Shown here in pieces: positions 1-9,849 of a stretch of DNA of 64,000 nt (the first letter of the stretch is position 1; every line of letters begins with the position of its first letter). The stretch comes from a virus. The translations under genes were made by a program, and so were the position numbers. The stretch covers positions 32,001 to 96,000 of IMG/VR virus record IMGVR_UViG_3300011116_000922; one strand, given 5' to 3'. Under the pieces are notes generated by a model that did no database searches, was not told where the DNA came from, and was given only the letters and a program-made list of their open reading frames with translations.

Positions 1-1
1 A

Positions 2-2029
2 TTTAGAGTTAGCCCCGGCGTAAGCATTAAAGAAATCGACCTGACCACAATCGTTCCTGCGGTTGCCACCACCCCCGGCGGTTATGCCGGATATTTTTAT
101 TGGGGCCCCTGCAACAAGATCATCACGATTGCAAGCGAGACTGAACTTGCCAATACCTTTGGCAAGCCTGACTCCACCAATTATGTGGATTTCTTCACCC
201 CCGCGAACTTCCTACAGTACGGCAACAGTATGCAGGTTGTGCGTGTTGTTGGTGCTTCTGCTACCAATGCTGCTGCTGCAATCACCGGAACCACTGGCGC
301 ACTGGACATCAACAACGAAGACGAGTACGATGCGCCTTCGGCTGCTGTAACCAGTGCTGCTGCTGCCAAGACCGTGTTTGCAGCACGCTATCCCGGTGCC
401 CTCGGCAACAGCCTCAAGGTTGTTGTTGTCAGCGGCGCAGGCATCACCACATACGGTGGCGCAACTCTTGCAAGCCCCCTTTCGTTCGGTGACACCGGAC
501 TCACATTCTGTGTTGCCAACAACACCCGGCAGTACCACTTTGCGGTGGGAGATGAGATCCGATTTGCAGACGGAACCGCTGTACGGGTTGCCTCTGTTGC
601 CAAAAACTTGGTTGGAAACACATCAGTGTTTGTTGATGTCCCCGCTGTAAGCAACGAATTCCAAGGCGTTACTTCGGAGAATAACGGATTCATCAAACTT
701 ACTTTCCAGAACCCCATTCCCGCTGCACAGAACGCAGGCTCAACCTTCCAAGTCAAGAGTGTGTACACCAACTATGTAAACACTGTTGCAACCACCACCA
801 ACTACGCTGCTACCGTTGGTGGATCCGGTGACATGGTTAGCGTACTGGTGTTTGACTCAGACGGCAAGTGGACAGGCACAAAGGACACACTGATTGAGAA
901 GTTTGAAGCCGTGTCTCGCGCAACCGATGCCCGCAACACTGATGGCTCGGGCAACTACTATAAGGATGTGATCCGCGAGAAGTCGCAGTACATCTACGCA
1001 CTGCAAGCCAACTTCTCAGACAACAGCGGATACCTTTCCACCAAGACCGATTGGCCCTTGCTGAACAACATCAGCGGTGCCCGTCTTGTCAACGACAACA
1101 TTGTGTCGATGATTCTTGGAAACGGTGCAAACGCAACGCCCACCGATTCGGAGCGTTGGCAGTACGGATGGAGTCAGTTTGCTGATCCCACCGCAATTGA
1201 TGTGTCTCTGCTGCCGCTTGGAAACGCTTCTGCCAACCTAGCCAAACTCGTAATCAATAATGTTTGCGAACAGCGTCTAGACTGCATGGCATTCGCGTCC
1301 CCCGCGTCTTCCGATGTTGTGTCTGCTCTGCCGTACCAAGCCTTGAACAATATCAAGACTTTCCGCGAAAGCACTCTCAACATCAACTCGTCCTACGCTG
1401 TGCTTGACAGCGGTTGGAAGTATCAACTTGATACCTACAACAATGTGGTTCGTACCATGCCACTAAACGCAGACATTGCAGGTCTGGTGGCGCGTACCGA
1501 ATTCACAGACGAGGCTTGGTTCTCGCCCGCAGGCTTCAACCGGGGTCAGATCAAGAACGTGGTCAAGTTGGCATACAACCCAACTTCCGAGGCTCACCGC
1601 AACGAACTGTACACCCGGCAGGTCAACCCTGTCGTGTCGTTCCCCGGTGAGGGCGTAATCCTGTACGGAGACAAGACCGCTCAGAGCAAGCCATCGGCAT
1701 TCGACCGCATTAATGTCCGCCGTCTGTTCATCGTGCTTGAGAAGGCAATCGCAACGGCATCCAAGTTCTTCCTGTTCGAACAGAACGATTCGTTCACCCG
1801 CGCACAGTTCAAGAACCTGATTGTCCCCTTCCTCAAGACCGTACAACAGCGGCGTGGTATCACCGACTTCAAGGTGGTCTGCGACGACACCAACAACACG
1901 GGCGAGGTCATCGACCGCAACGAGTTTGTAGCCGATATCTTCATCAAGCCGACTCGCAGCATCAACTTCATCCAGTTGAACTTTATTGCCACCAAGACAG
2001 GCGTGAATTTCAGCGAAGTTGGCGGCTAA
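2..2029 (+). CDS. gp18: Tail sheath protein (T4 gp18-like), 5'-truncated by a few codons
   Basis: Frame open from nt 2 (FRVSPGVSIKEIDLT, the typical gp18 N-terminus); C-terminal WFSPAGFNRG, GDKT and FDRINVRRLF motifs. Confidence 0.97.
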   Translation, partial: FRVSPGVSIKEIDLTTIVPAVATTPGGYAGYFYWGPCNKIITIASETELANTFGKPDSTNYVDFFTPANFLQYGNSMQVVRVVGASATNAAAAITGTTGALDINNEDEYDAPSAAVTSAAAAKTVFAARYPGALGNSLKVVVVSGAGITTYGGATLASPLSFGDTGLTFCVANNTRQYHFAVGDEIRFADGTAVRVASVAKNLVGNTSVFVDVPAVSNEFQGVTSENNGFIKLTFQNPIPAAQNAGSTFQVKSVYTNYVNTVATTTNYAATVGGSGDMVSVLVFDSDGKWTGTKDTLIEKFEAVSRATDARNTDGSGNYYKDVIREKSQYIYALQANFSDNSGYLSTKTDWPLLNNISGARLVNDNIVSMILGNGANATPTDSERWQYGWSQFADPTAIDVSLLPLGNASANLAKLVINNVCEQRLDCMAFASPASSDVVSALPYQALNNIKTFRESTLNINSSYAVLDSGWKYQLDTYNNVVRTMPLNADIAGLVARTEFTDEAWFSPAGFNRGQIKNVVKLAYNPTSEAHRNELYTRQVNPVVSFPGEGVILYGDKTAQSKPSAFDRINVRRLFIVLEKAIATASKFFLFEQNDSFTRAQFKNLIVPFLKTVQQRRGITDFKVVCDDTNNTGEVIDRNEFVADIFIKPTRSINFIQLNFIATKTGVNFSEVGG

Positions 2030-2032
2030 TCG

Positions 2033-2040
2033 TATAGATA
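2033..2040 (+). promoter_or_regulatory. Putative gp55 late promoter (TATAGATA)
   Basis: One mismatch to T4 TATAAATA, in the gp18-gp19 gap. Confidence 0.55.
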
Positions 2041-2067
2041 TTAGGGCTAACAAAAGGAGCAAATAAA

Positions 2068-2682
2068 ATGCCAGTAGATCCAAGCAACAACATTTCAGGA
2101 TTTGTGAATGCCTTTGCAGGCGGTGGTGTACGCACAAACCTGTTCGTGGTCAATGGCACAATTCCGGGATACTCAAATAACCGAGCCATCTCGTTCTTGT
2201 GCAAGGCTGCTCAGATTCCTGCATCATCCCTCGGAACCATTGAAGTTCCATATCGTGGTCGCCGCATCAAACTACCGGGCGACCGTACCTTTCAAGATTG
2301 GTCGCTCACCGTCATCTCCGATGCCAACCTTGCATTGCGTTCGGCATTTGAGAACTGGAGCGCAATCTTCAATTCGCACACCTCCAATGTTGCTCCCCGC
2401 AACTTCATGGAGTTCATGCCTACTTGGTCGGTAACGCAACTCCACCGCGATGGCACCGCTCTCCGTAGTTACAGTTTCGTTGGCTGCTTCCCTGCGGAAG
2501 TGGGAACCATCGACCTGTCCTACGAGAACAACGACTCCATCGCTGAATTCCCGGTGACTCTGAACTATTCGTGGTGGGAGGCTGCTGCGGGTGCTGCTGT
2601 TCCTGCTGTTGGAAGCGGCACAGGTATCAACCTGAACGGGCTTCTACAGAACTTGGGCATCAACATCGGTATTGGCTTCTAA
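2068..2682 (+). CDS. gp19: Tail tube protein
   Basis: GGxRxNLF, FLCKAAQIP and GRRIKLPGDRTF motifs; position after gp18; AGGAG RBS. Confidence 0.95.
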   Translation: MPVDPSNNISGFVNAFAGGGVRTNLFVVNGTIPGYSNNRAISFLCKAAQIPASSLGTIEVPYRGRRIKLPGDRTFQDWSLTVISDANLALRSAFENWSAIFNSHTSNVAPRNFMEFMPTWSVTQLHRDGTALRSYSFVGCFPAEVGTIDLSYENNDSIAEFPVTLNYSWWEAAAGAAVPAVGSGTGINLNGLLQNLGINIGIGF

Positions 2683-2707
2683 CTCTTTCTGAAAGGGTAT
2701 TTACATT

Positions 2708-4393
2708 ATGGCTATCAACCTGTTTGGTTTTAGTATTGGCAAAAAGGACGGTCGGGAAGGGGCTTCTGCGGAGGAAATCCTCAAGAAGCCCGTTTCCTTT
2801 GTGGCACCTGATTACGATGACGGTGCTACCCCTATTGAGGTTGGTGGTTATTTCGGAGCCTATGTTGACTTTGACGGTTCTGTAAAGTCAGATATCGAAC
2901 TCATCTACAAGTACCGCGAAATGGCACTTCACCCCGAATGTGAAAGTGCCATCGCGGATATTTGCAATGAGAGCATCGTGTACAACGATACCCTTGATGC
3001 CGTAAAGATTGATGTGTCTGCGGTAAAGCAGACGAAAGCCATCAAGGACAAGATTGAAGACGAATTCCATGAAGTTCTGCAACTACTGGAATTTACTCGC
3101 CGTGGATACGAAGTGTTCCGCAAGTGGTATGTGGACAGCCGCATCTACTACCACATCATTATTGATGAAGCCAACAAGAAGAAGGGCATCTTGGAGTTGC
3201 GCCCTATTGATCCCACAAAGATCCGCAAGGTTCGCAAGATCAAGAAGAAGCCCGTCACCAACGCAAACACCGGAATGGGCAAGAGCGCAACTGCTCCCCT
3301 TGGCGTGAATCTTGTTTCCGAAATCGAAGAGTTCTACATCTACAGCGAACAGGATCAGGCTTCGTCCACGCTTACGCTTGACGGACTCAAGATCAGTCCT
3401 GATGCCATCTGCTTTGTCCACAGCGGTCTGTTTGATTCGCGGCGCAAGAAGATTCTTGGATATCTGCACAAAGCAATCAAAGCACTGAACCAGTTGCGAA
3501 TGATTGAAGACGCGGTAGTCATTTACCGTCTAGCCCGTGCGCCTGAACGCCGCATCTTCTATGTGGATGTGGGAAATCTGCCCAAGCAGAAGGCTGAAGA
3601 GTATGTGCGTGGACTCATGCAGCGGTATCGCAACAAACTCATGTACGATCCCGTTACAGGAGAGATGAGCGATCAGCGCAAGCACATGTCCATGCTTGAA
3701 GACTTTTGGATGCCTCGCCGTGAAGGCGGCAAGGGCACGGAAGTCAGCACCCTGCAAGGCGGTCAGAACCTTGGCGAAATGGAAGATGTCAACTACTTCC
3801 AAAAGAAACTGTATCAGTCGCTGAATGTGCCCGCATCACGATTGGAAGCAGCCACGGGGTTCAACCTTGGTCGCGCTTCAGAAATTAGCCGCGATGAAGT
3901 AAAGTTCTTCAAGTTCGTGGAACGCCTCCGCATGAAGTTCTCTGAAGTATTTTTGAATCTGCTAAAGGTTCAACTGGTACTCAAGGGAGTCATCAAGGAG
4001 AACGAGTGGAAGGACATTGAGCCGAAGATTGCCTTCAAGTTCAACATGGATTCCCACTTCAGCGAACTCAAGGAGAGTGAAGTGCTTAAGGATCGTCTAC
4101 AGAGTGCCCGTGATGCTGAAGACTTTGTTGGCAAATATTACTCCCGCGACTTTGTGCGCCGCCATATTTTGAAACAGACAGCGGAAGACATTGAAGAAAT
4201 TGACAATGCCATCAAGGCAGAAATGGCAGAAGGCAAGATCCTGCCGCCCGAAGGGCAGCAAGTCCCGGCTGAACAGATGGGTGCCCCTGCACCGGAGGGA
4301 GCAGCGGCTCCCGAAGACGGTACAGAATCACCTGCCTCCAGTGTAACCATCGGAGAAATCGTCCCGCCCGAAGAAGAAGGACTAAACGACTGA
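2708..4393 (+). CDS. gp20: Portal vertex protein
   Basis: YLHKAIKALNQLRMIEDAVVIYRLARAPERRIFYVDVGN and EDFWMPRREGGKGTE. Confidence 0.98.
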   Translation: MAINLFGFSIGKKDGREGASAEEILKKPVSFVAPDYDDGATPIEVGGYFGAYVDFDGSVKSDIELIYKYREMALHPECESAIADICNESIVYNDTLDAVKIDVSAVKQTKAIKDKIEDEFHEVLQLLEFTRRGYEVFRKWYVDSRIYYHIIIDEANKKKGILELRPIDPTKIRKVRKIKKKPVTNANTGMGKSATAPLGVNLVSEIEEFYIYSEQDQASSTLTLDGLKISPDAICFVHSGLFDSRRKKILGYLHKAIKALNQLRMIEDAVVIYRLARAPERRIFYVDVGNLPKQKAEEYVRGLMQRYRNKLMYDPVTGEMSDQRKHMSMLEDFWMPRREGGKGTEVSTLQGGQNLGEMEDVNYFQKKLYQSLNVPASRLEAATGFNLGRASEISRDEVKFFKFVERLRMKFSEVFLNLLKVQLVLKGVIKENEWKDIEPKIAFKFNMDSHFSELKESEVLKDRLQSARDAEDFVGKYYSRDFVRRHILKQTAEDIEEIDNAIKAEMAEGKILPPEGQQVPAEQMGAPAPEGAAAPEDGTESPASSVTIGEIVPPEEEGLND

Positions 4394-4427
4394 TTCTGCG
4401 GCAATATTCTCGGGAAATATAGGAATA

Positions 4428-4434
4428 CTAAATA
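4428..4434 (+). promoter_or_regulatory. Putative late promoter (CTAAATA)
   Basis: T4-like late box in the intergenic gap before the prohead core gene. Confidence 0.6.
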
Positions 4435-4458
4435 AATAAGGTCTGACAAGGAGAACCA

Positions 4459-4791
4459 ATGGACAACAACAAGAAGATTGTAAAAGCCCTGCTAGAGAAG
4501 AACTATGTGGACGCTAAGGAAAGCGTTTTCAAGTCCCTGTACGCCAAGGCTTCCCTCCTGATGGACGAAGAGCGCGTTCAGATTGCTTCTGCTCTGTTTG
4601 GAGAAGCCACGGGCGAAACCGAGGTTGAAGAAACCAACGAAGCCAAGACCGCTCCCGATACTGGCGTTCCCGCAGGTGCAAGCGAGGACAAGTTTACCGC
4701 TGCTCGGGCTACCATCAAGAAGGCAGGCTACAAGGCTAAACTGGGCAAGGGCGTTCCCGCAGGAGCCGTGAAAAAGGCTGGACAGTACTGA
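4459..4791 (+). CDS. Small prohead core protein (gp67/gp68-like position)
   Basis: Between portal and protease; acidic linker then basic tail; AGGAG RBS. Confidence 0.65.
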   Translation: MDNNKKIVKALLEKNYVDAKESVFKSLYAKASLLMDEERVQIASALFGEATGETEVEETNEAKTAPDTGVPAGASEDKFTAARATIKKAGYKAKLGKGVPAGAVKKAGQY

Positions 4792-5432
4792 TGAAACTAA
4801 TCACCGAAACAGTTCAAGACATCAACATTCTGACCGAAACCAAAGACGGTCAGAAGCACTACTTCATTGAAGGCGTGTTCATGCAGGCTGAAGCGAAGAA
4901 TCGCAACGGTCGCGTGTACCCCATGCCTGTCATGGAGAAGGAACTGAAGCGGTACACCACCGAGTATGTAAAGAGCAACCGCGCTATGGGCGAACTTGGG
5001 CACCCCGAAGGCCCAACCGTGAACCTAGAGCGCGTTTCTCATATCATCAAGGATCTGCGCCTTGAAGGCAACGATGTCTACGGCAAAGCCAAGATTCTTG
5101 ACACCCCATACGGCAAGATTGTTCGCAATCTGATTGACGAGGGCGTGAAACTGGGCGTTTCTTCCCGTGGTATGGGAAGCCTGAAGGAACAGGATGGGGT
5201 CAATGTTGTGCAGGAAGACTTCATGCTTGCAGCAGTGGATGTGGTGGCTGATCCCTCCGCTCCCAATGCATTTGTGAACGGCATCATGGAAGGACGGGAA
5301 TGGATTTGGGACAACGGGGTTCTCAAGCCAGTGGTCATTGAGCAGTACAAGAAGACCATCGAAAACACCTCATCACGCAACCTAGAAGAACAAGCCATTC
5401 GGCTGTTCAAAGACTTCATCTCAAGACTCTGA
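4791..5432 (+). CDS. gp21: Prohead protease
   Basis: MKLITE start; NRNGRVY, GELGHP, GVSSRGMGSL and DVVADPSAPNAFV. Confidence 0.97.
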   Translation: MKLITETVQDINILTETKDGQKHYFIEGVFMQAEAKNRNGRVYPMPVMEKELKRYTTEYVKSNRAMGELGHPEGPTVNLERVSHIIKDLRLEGNDVYGKAKILDTPYGKIVRNLIDEGVKLGVSSRGMGSLKEQDGVNVVQEDFMLAAVDVVADPSAPNAFVNGIMEGREWIWDNGVLKPVVIEQYKKTIENTSSRNLEEQAIRLFKDFISRL

Positions 5433-5437
5433 AGCGT

Positions 5438-5444
5438 CTAAATA
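5438..5444 (+). promoter_or_regulatory. Putative late promoter (CTAAATA)
   Basis: Intergenic, upstream of the gp22 RBS. Confidence 0.6.
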
Positions 5445-5467
5445 TATTCTAAAGGAGAACTCCAGTC

Positions 5468-6682
5468 ATGGCTAACGAAAAGATCGAAGATGTCATCAAG
5501 AAAGTAATCCTCGGTGAGAACTTCCTCGCTGAGAACTCGGACACCGAAGAGGTGGAAGAGGTTGAAGAACTAGAGGAAGCAAAGAAGGACGCAGAGGAGT
5601 CGGAGGACGAAGAGTCCGAAGACGAAGGCGATGAATCTTCCGAAGACGAAGACGATGCCGAAGAGGAAGACAACAAGCCTGCTTTCCTCAAGGGCAAGTT
5701 TGGCAAGAAGGGCGTGAAGGAAGGCGCAGAAATCAACGCGCTCAGCATGACCGACCTCAAGGGCAAGAAGTACACCACAAAGGATGACGCTTACTCTGAT
5801 CCCAAACTGTACAAGACCGCTGACGGCAAGACTGCCAACATTGGCAATGCCGTTGATCTTGACCACAGCGGCAAGGCAATCAGCGATGACAAGTACAACC
5901 GCAACACCATCAAGCCCAAGGCAAGTGCTGCCAACGGCAAGGTGGAGAAGCCCAAGGCTTCCGTCAAGGAAAGCGTTGAAGCCCTGTTTGCAGGCAAGGA
6001 ACTCAGCGAAGAGTTTATGAGCGAAGCCGAGACTCTGTTTGAGGCTCATCTTGCTGTTCGCACCGAGGAGATCGAAGAAGAACTTCAGGGCAAGTATGCC
6101 ACTCTGCTAGAGGAACACACCCTAGCCGTGACCGAAGAAATGGTTGAGCGCATTGATGAATACCTCAACTATGTGGTCGAAGAGTGGATGCAGGAGAACC
6201 GCCTTGCTGTGAACAACGGTCTTCGCACCGAGATCACCGAAGGCTTCATTGAACGGCTCAAGGGCGTGTTTGCCGAGTCGTACATCGAAATCCCCGAAGA
6301 GAAACTTGATCTCTTTGAGTCTACCGTTGAGGACTTTGAAACCCTCAAGGGCGAACTGGACGAGCAGGTTTCCAAGAACATGGAGATCAACGAAGAGAAC
6401 GAACAACTCCGTTGCGAACTCCTGTTCCGCGAACTCGCAGAAGGTCTAACCGACACCGAGACTCAGAAACTGCGCAATCTCGCTGAGAGCGTGGAATTTG
6501 ATTCCGTGGAGCAGTTCGCAGAGAAACTTGCTGTTCTCCGCGAGAACATCGAAAACATCGGCACCGTTGCCGTTACCGAAACAACCAAGGAAGACTCCCT
6601 TGAAGAGTCCTACGAGGAAGGGTCTGATGCTTCACCACTCATGGAAGCGTACATCCGCTCCATGAGCAAGAGCAAGGACTGA
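5468..6682 (+). CDS. gp22: Prohead core scaffold protein
   Basis: Acidic coiled coil; IDEYLNYVVEEWMQENRLAV...GLRTEITEGF motif; synteny. Confidence 0.93.
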   Translation: MANEKIEDVIKKVILGENFLAENSDTEEVEEVEELEEAKKDAEESEDEESEDEGDESSEDEDDAEEEDNKPAFLKGKFGKKGVKEGAEINALSMTDLKGKKYTTKDDAYSDPKLYKTADGKTANIGNAVDLDHSGKAISDDKYNRNTIKPKASAANGKVEKPKASVKESVEALFAGKELSEEFMSEAETLFEAHLAVRTEEIEEELQGKYATLLEEHTLAVTEEMVERIDEYLNYVVEEWMQENRLAVNNGLRTEITEGFIERLKGVFAESYIEIPEEKLDLFESTVEDFETLKGELDEQVSKNMEINEENEQLRCELLFRELAEGLTDTETQKLRNLAESVEFDSVEQFAEKLAVLRENIENIGTVAVTETTKEDSLEESYEEGSDASPLMEAYIRSMSKSKD

Positions 6683-6742
6683 ATTTACTTTCACACATTC
6701 CAGTCAAGCGTTGACTGATTAAACCTAAAGGAGATACTACAA

Positions 6743-8209
6743 ATGGCGATCAATAACGATCTACTCACCGAACAGGCTATCCGTAAGTGGAAGCCCGTTC
6801 TGGACCATAGCGATATGGCTCCAATCACAGACCCACACCGCCGCGCAATCACGGCTACCCTCTTGGAGAACCAAGAGCGCGCCATCAAGGAGCAGATGCT
6901 TGTTGAGGCTCCCGGAGCCGCCAACATCATCGGTGGCGGTGCATCCCCCACTGTTGGTAGCGAAGGCGGCATCAAGGGCTACGATCCAATTCTCATCCAG
7001 TTGGTTCGTCGCGCCATGCCCAACCTCATGGCTTACGACATCTGCGGCGTTCAGGCTATGTCGGCTCCGACAGGCTTGATCTTCGCAATGCGTAGCCGTT
7101 ACAGCAATCAGAGCGGCACCGAAGCCCTGTACAACGAACCACAGGCAACCTTCTCGGGTGCAGGTGCTACTGCCAGCCCCGGCGCACTCGGTACTGTTGC
7201 AGGTAGCACAGGCCCAACCGGAACGCTTGCTTTTGATGCTTCTAACGCAGGTGTTGATCCGTTCTTTGGCTACGCTGGTAGCAGAGATCCGGGATCGGCT
7301 AGCGGTCTAACCTCTGGCTCCGGTCTTGCTACTGCTTACGGCGAAGCCAACGCTCCTGCCGAAATGGCATTCAGCATTGAGCGCGTTGCTGTACAGGCTG
7401 CAACCCGTATGCTTGCTGCATCCTACTCGGTGGAACTGGCTCAAGACCTTAAGGCTGTTCACGGTCTTGACGCTGAAACCGAACTCGCCAACATTCTCAG
7501 CACGGAAATCCTTGCTGAAATCAACCGCGAAGTCGTTCGTACCGTTTACCGCACTGCTAAACTCGGAGCGCAGCAGACCGATCTGTACTACAAGACGGTC
7601 TACGGCGGTCTGACCACTCAGGCTAGCGGCACCAACTACGGTGGCGTGTACGATCTCATTCAGGACTCGGACGGTCGTTGGAGCGCGGAAAAGTTCCGTG
7701 GTCTGATGTTCCAGATTGAGCGCGAAGCCAACAAGATTGCCAAGGATACCCGTCGCGGCAAGGGCAACTTCATCATCTGCTCGGCAGATGTTGCCAGTGC
7801 CCTCGCAATGGGTGGCTTCCTGAACATCAGCCCCGCGCTGAATGTCAACCTTGATGTTGATGACACTGGCAACACCTTTGCCGGAACCCTCAACGGTAAG
7901 ATCAAGGTTTACATCGACCCGTATCAGGATGTCAGCAGCGGTACGAACACCAACTTTGTCTGCGTTGGATATAAGGGATCTAGCCCTTACGATGCAGGCG
8001 TGTTCTACTGCCCCTATGTCCCGCTACAGATGATGCGTGCAGTTGATACCACGACCTTCCAGCCCAAGATCGCGTTCAAGACGCGCTACGGCATGGTAGC
8101 GAACCCCTTCGCTGAAGGTGCTTCGCAGGGTCTTGGTCGCCTGACCGACCGCAGCAACCTCTATTACCGTATCTTCCGCGTGGACAACCTCCACGGCGTG
8201 GCTTCGTAA
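6743..8209 (+). CDS. gp23: Major capsid protein
   Basis: KWKPVL, LVRRAMPNLMAYDICGVQ, ELAQDLKAVHGLDAETEL and FQPKIAFKTRYG. Confidence 0.99.
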   Translation: MAINNDLLTEQAIRKWKPVLDHSDMAPITDPHRRAITATLLENQERAIKEQMLVEAPGAANIIGGGASPTVGSEGGIKGYDPILIQLVRRAMPNLMAYDICGVQAMSAPTGLIFAMRSRYSNQSGTEALYNEPQATFSGAGATASPGALGTVAGSTGPTGTLAFDASNAGVDPFFGYAGSRDPGSASGLTSGSGLATAYGEANAPAEMAFSIERVAVQAATRMLAASYSVELAQDLKAVHGLDAETELANILSTEILAEINREVVRTVYRTAKLGAQQTDLYYKTVYGGLTTQASGTNYGGVYDLIQDSDGRWSAEKFRGLMFQIEREANKIAKDTRRGKGNFIICSADVASALAMGGFLNISPALNVNLDVDDTGNTFAGTLNGKIKVYIDPYQDVSSGTNTNFVCVGYKGSSPYDAGVFYCPYVPLQMMRAVDTTTFQPKIAFKTRYGMVANPFAEGASQGLGRLTDRSNLYYRIFRVDNLHGVAS

Positions 8210-8233
8210 TAGAAAGCACTAACCTTACGGATC

Positions 8234-8261
8234 GGGGGAGAGGGAAACCTCTCCCCCTTTT
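8234..8261 (+). terminator. Intrinsic terminator after gp23
   Basis: GGGGGAGAGG-GAAA-CCTCTCCCCC followed by TTTT. Confidence 0.9.
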
Positions 8262-8270
8262 CGTTTGGCG

Positions 8271-8278
8271 TATAAATA
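8271..8278 (+). promoter_or_regulatory. T4-type late promoter TATAAATA
   Basis: Exact T4 consensus, 7 nt upstream of the gp3 ATG. Confidence 0.8.
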
Positions 8279-8285
8279 CTTACAC

Positions 8286-8813
8286 ATGTCTATTCCCTAC
8301 AACTTCACCGATATCGAACAGGGCATCCTAGACCGATACCCCCAGTACTTGAATCCGTTGCTGCCGACCTACTATCGGTTCAGCATTGCGCGGCTTCCCA
8401 AGGTATCGTTCTTCTGCCAAAGCGCATCACTGCCCACCATTACCATGAGTGAAGTGATAATGCCCACGCCCTTTGTTCAAATATCCCGTCCGTCCAAGAT
8501 GGAATTTGATGAATTGAGCATTAGTTTCGTGGTGGATGAGAACATGGGCAACTGGTTGGAAATATACAACTGGATGCGGTCGGTCACCAATGTGGAAAAC
8601 TATGACGAGTTCCGTCCCACGAACACCCATGTGTCCACCGCAAACCTGATTATTTTGAATTCCAAAAAGAACCCAAAGTTGAATGTCACCTTCAACGACA
8701 TCTATCCGCGAAGCCTGACATCCATCGACTTTAGTTCTTCCGTGATTGATCCCGAGCCGTTCGTAGCCACCTGCACTTTCAAATACCGCAGTTACGAAAT
8801 AGAAGTTCTTTAA
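8286..8813 (+). CDS. gp3: Tail completion / tail tube terminator protein
   Basis: PKVSFFCQSASLP, FVVDENMGNWLEIYNWM; position after gp23. Confidence 0.88.
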   Translation: MSIPYNFTDIEQGILDRYPQYLNPLLPTYYRFSIARLPKVSFFCQSASLPTITMSEVIMPTPFVQISRPSKMEFDELSISFVVDENMGNWLEIYNWMRSVTNVENYDEFRPTNTHVSTANLIILNSKKNPKLNVTFNDIYPRSLTSIDFSSSVIDPEPFVATCTFKYRSYEIEVL

Positions 8814-8825
8814 GCGAACTTGCCC

Positions 8826-8853
8826 TTGACAACTTGCCGATGTAGTGTATACT
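8826..8853 (+). promoter_or_regulatory. Sigma70-like promoter upstream of uvsY
   Basis: TTGACA-N16-TATACT. Confidence 0.7.
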
Positions 8854-8873
8854 CCTCCAACGGAGATTTTGCT

Positions 8874-9308
8874 ATGACCCTAGATGACATCCGCAAAGAA
8901 ATACAACGAGACATGGTATTGGACGAATCGGCTCTTGATATAGAGTCGCTGAAGATTCCCCAATTGCACGGCAAGTACCTGAACTATCTCATGGACGAAC
9001 GGCTTGCAATGCGGAAAGCCGAATTCGAATACAATGCCATGATGAAGACCAAGTGGGAATACTACACAGGCAAGATGCCCCAAGAAGAACTGACTGCGCG
9101 TGGATGGGAGCCGTTTCCTCTAAAGATTCTGCGAAACGATCTTGACTTGTACCTGAACTCCGATGAAGACCTGTCCCGACTATCGCAGAAGTTCCTCTTT
9201 CAAAAAGAAAAGGTGTCTCTGCTTGAGGAAGTCATCAAGGAACTAAACACCCGACATTGGAAGATTCGTAACGCAATTGAATGGAGGCGATTCACTAATG
9301 GTCAATGA
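8874..9308 (+). CDS. uvsY: Recombination mediator UvsY
   Basis: LDIESLKIPQLHGKY, KWEYYTGK and IRNAIEWRRF. Confidence 0.93.
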   Translation: MTLDDIRKEIQRDMVLDESALDIESLKIPQLHGKYLNYLMDERLAMRKAEFEYNAMMKTKWEYYTGKMPQEELTARGWEPFPLKILRNDLDLYLNSDEDLSRLSQKFLFQKEKVSLLEEVIKELNTRHWKIRNAIEWRRFTNGQ

Positions 9309-9849
9309 GTGGGATTCCCTAATGGAAGACGATCCTGAAAACGAGGATCGTGACGGCGTGTACCTGACCGATATTTGGAACATGGCATCGCAACACAGCG
9401 CGGATCTAAACACCCAAGTGGCATCGGCTATTGTGTCGTGGAGCGGAGGCATTATTCTTGCAGGATGGAACGAGGTTCCCCCACAACTGGCATCCAAGGG
9501 CTACCCCAAGTGCCACGAAACCAAGAATTTCTGCACCGAACACGCAGAACGCCGTGTGCTGTACAAGGCAGTGGAAAATCGAATAACTACTGATAGGCTG
9601 CAATTGTACACCACATGGGCAGCGTGTTCTGAATGTGCCCGAGCCATCATTCAGTTTGGAATCAAGCGGGTGGTTACTTTCCGCCGATTGGTATATCGCA
9701 CTTCACCCAGTTGGGAACAGTCCATCCGTGAAGGGCTGACCATGATGCGGGACGCAGGAATACAGGTAGTGGGGTGGAACGGTGAAATGCACACGCATCG
9801 CAGCATATGGTTCAACGGAGAACTACTGGACAAAACGGCAGTACGCTGA
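9298..9849 (+). CDS. dCMP deaminase-like zinc deaminase
   Basis: HAE motif and ACSECARAIIQFGIKRVV (CxxC). Confidence 0.8.
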   Translation: MVNEWDSLMEDDPENEDRDGVYLTDIWNMASQHSADLNTQVASAIVSWSGGIILAGWNEVPPQLASKGYPKCHETKNFCTEHAERRVLYKAVENRITTDRLQLYTTWAACSECARAIIQFGIKRVVTFRRLVYRTSPSWEQSIREGLTMMRDAGIQVVGWNGEMHTHRSIWFNGELLDKTAVR

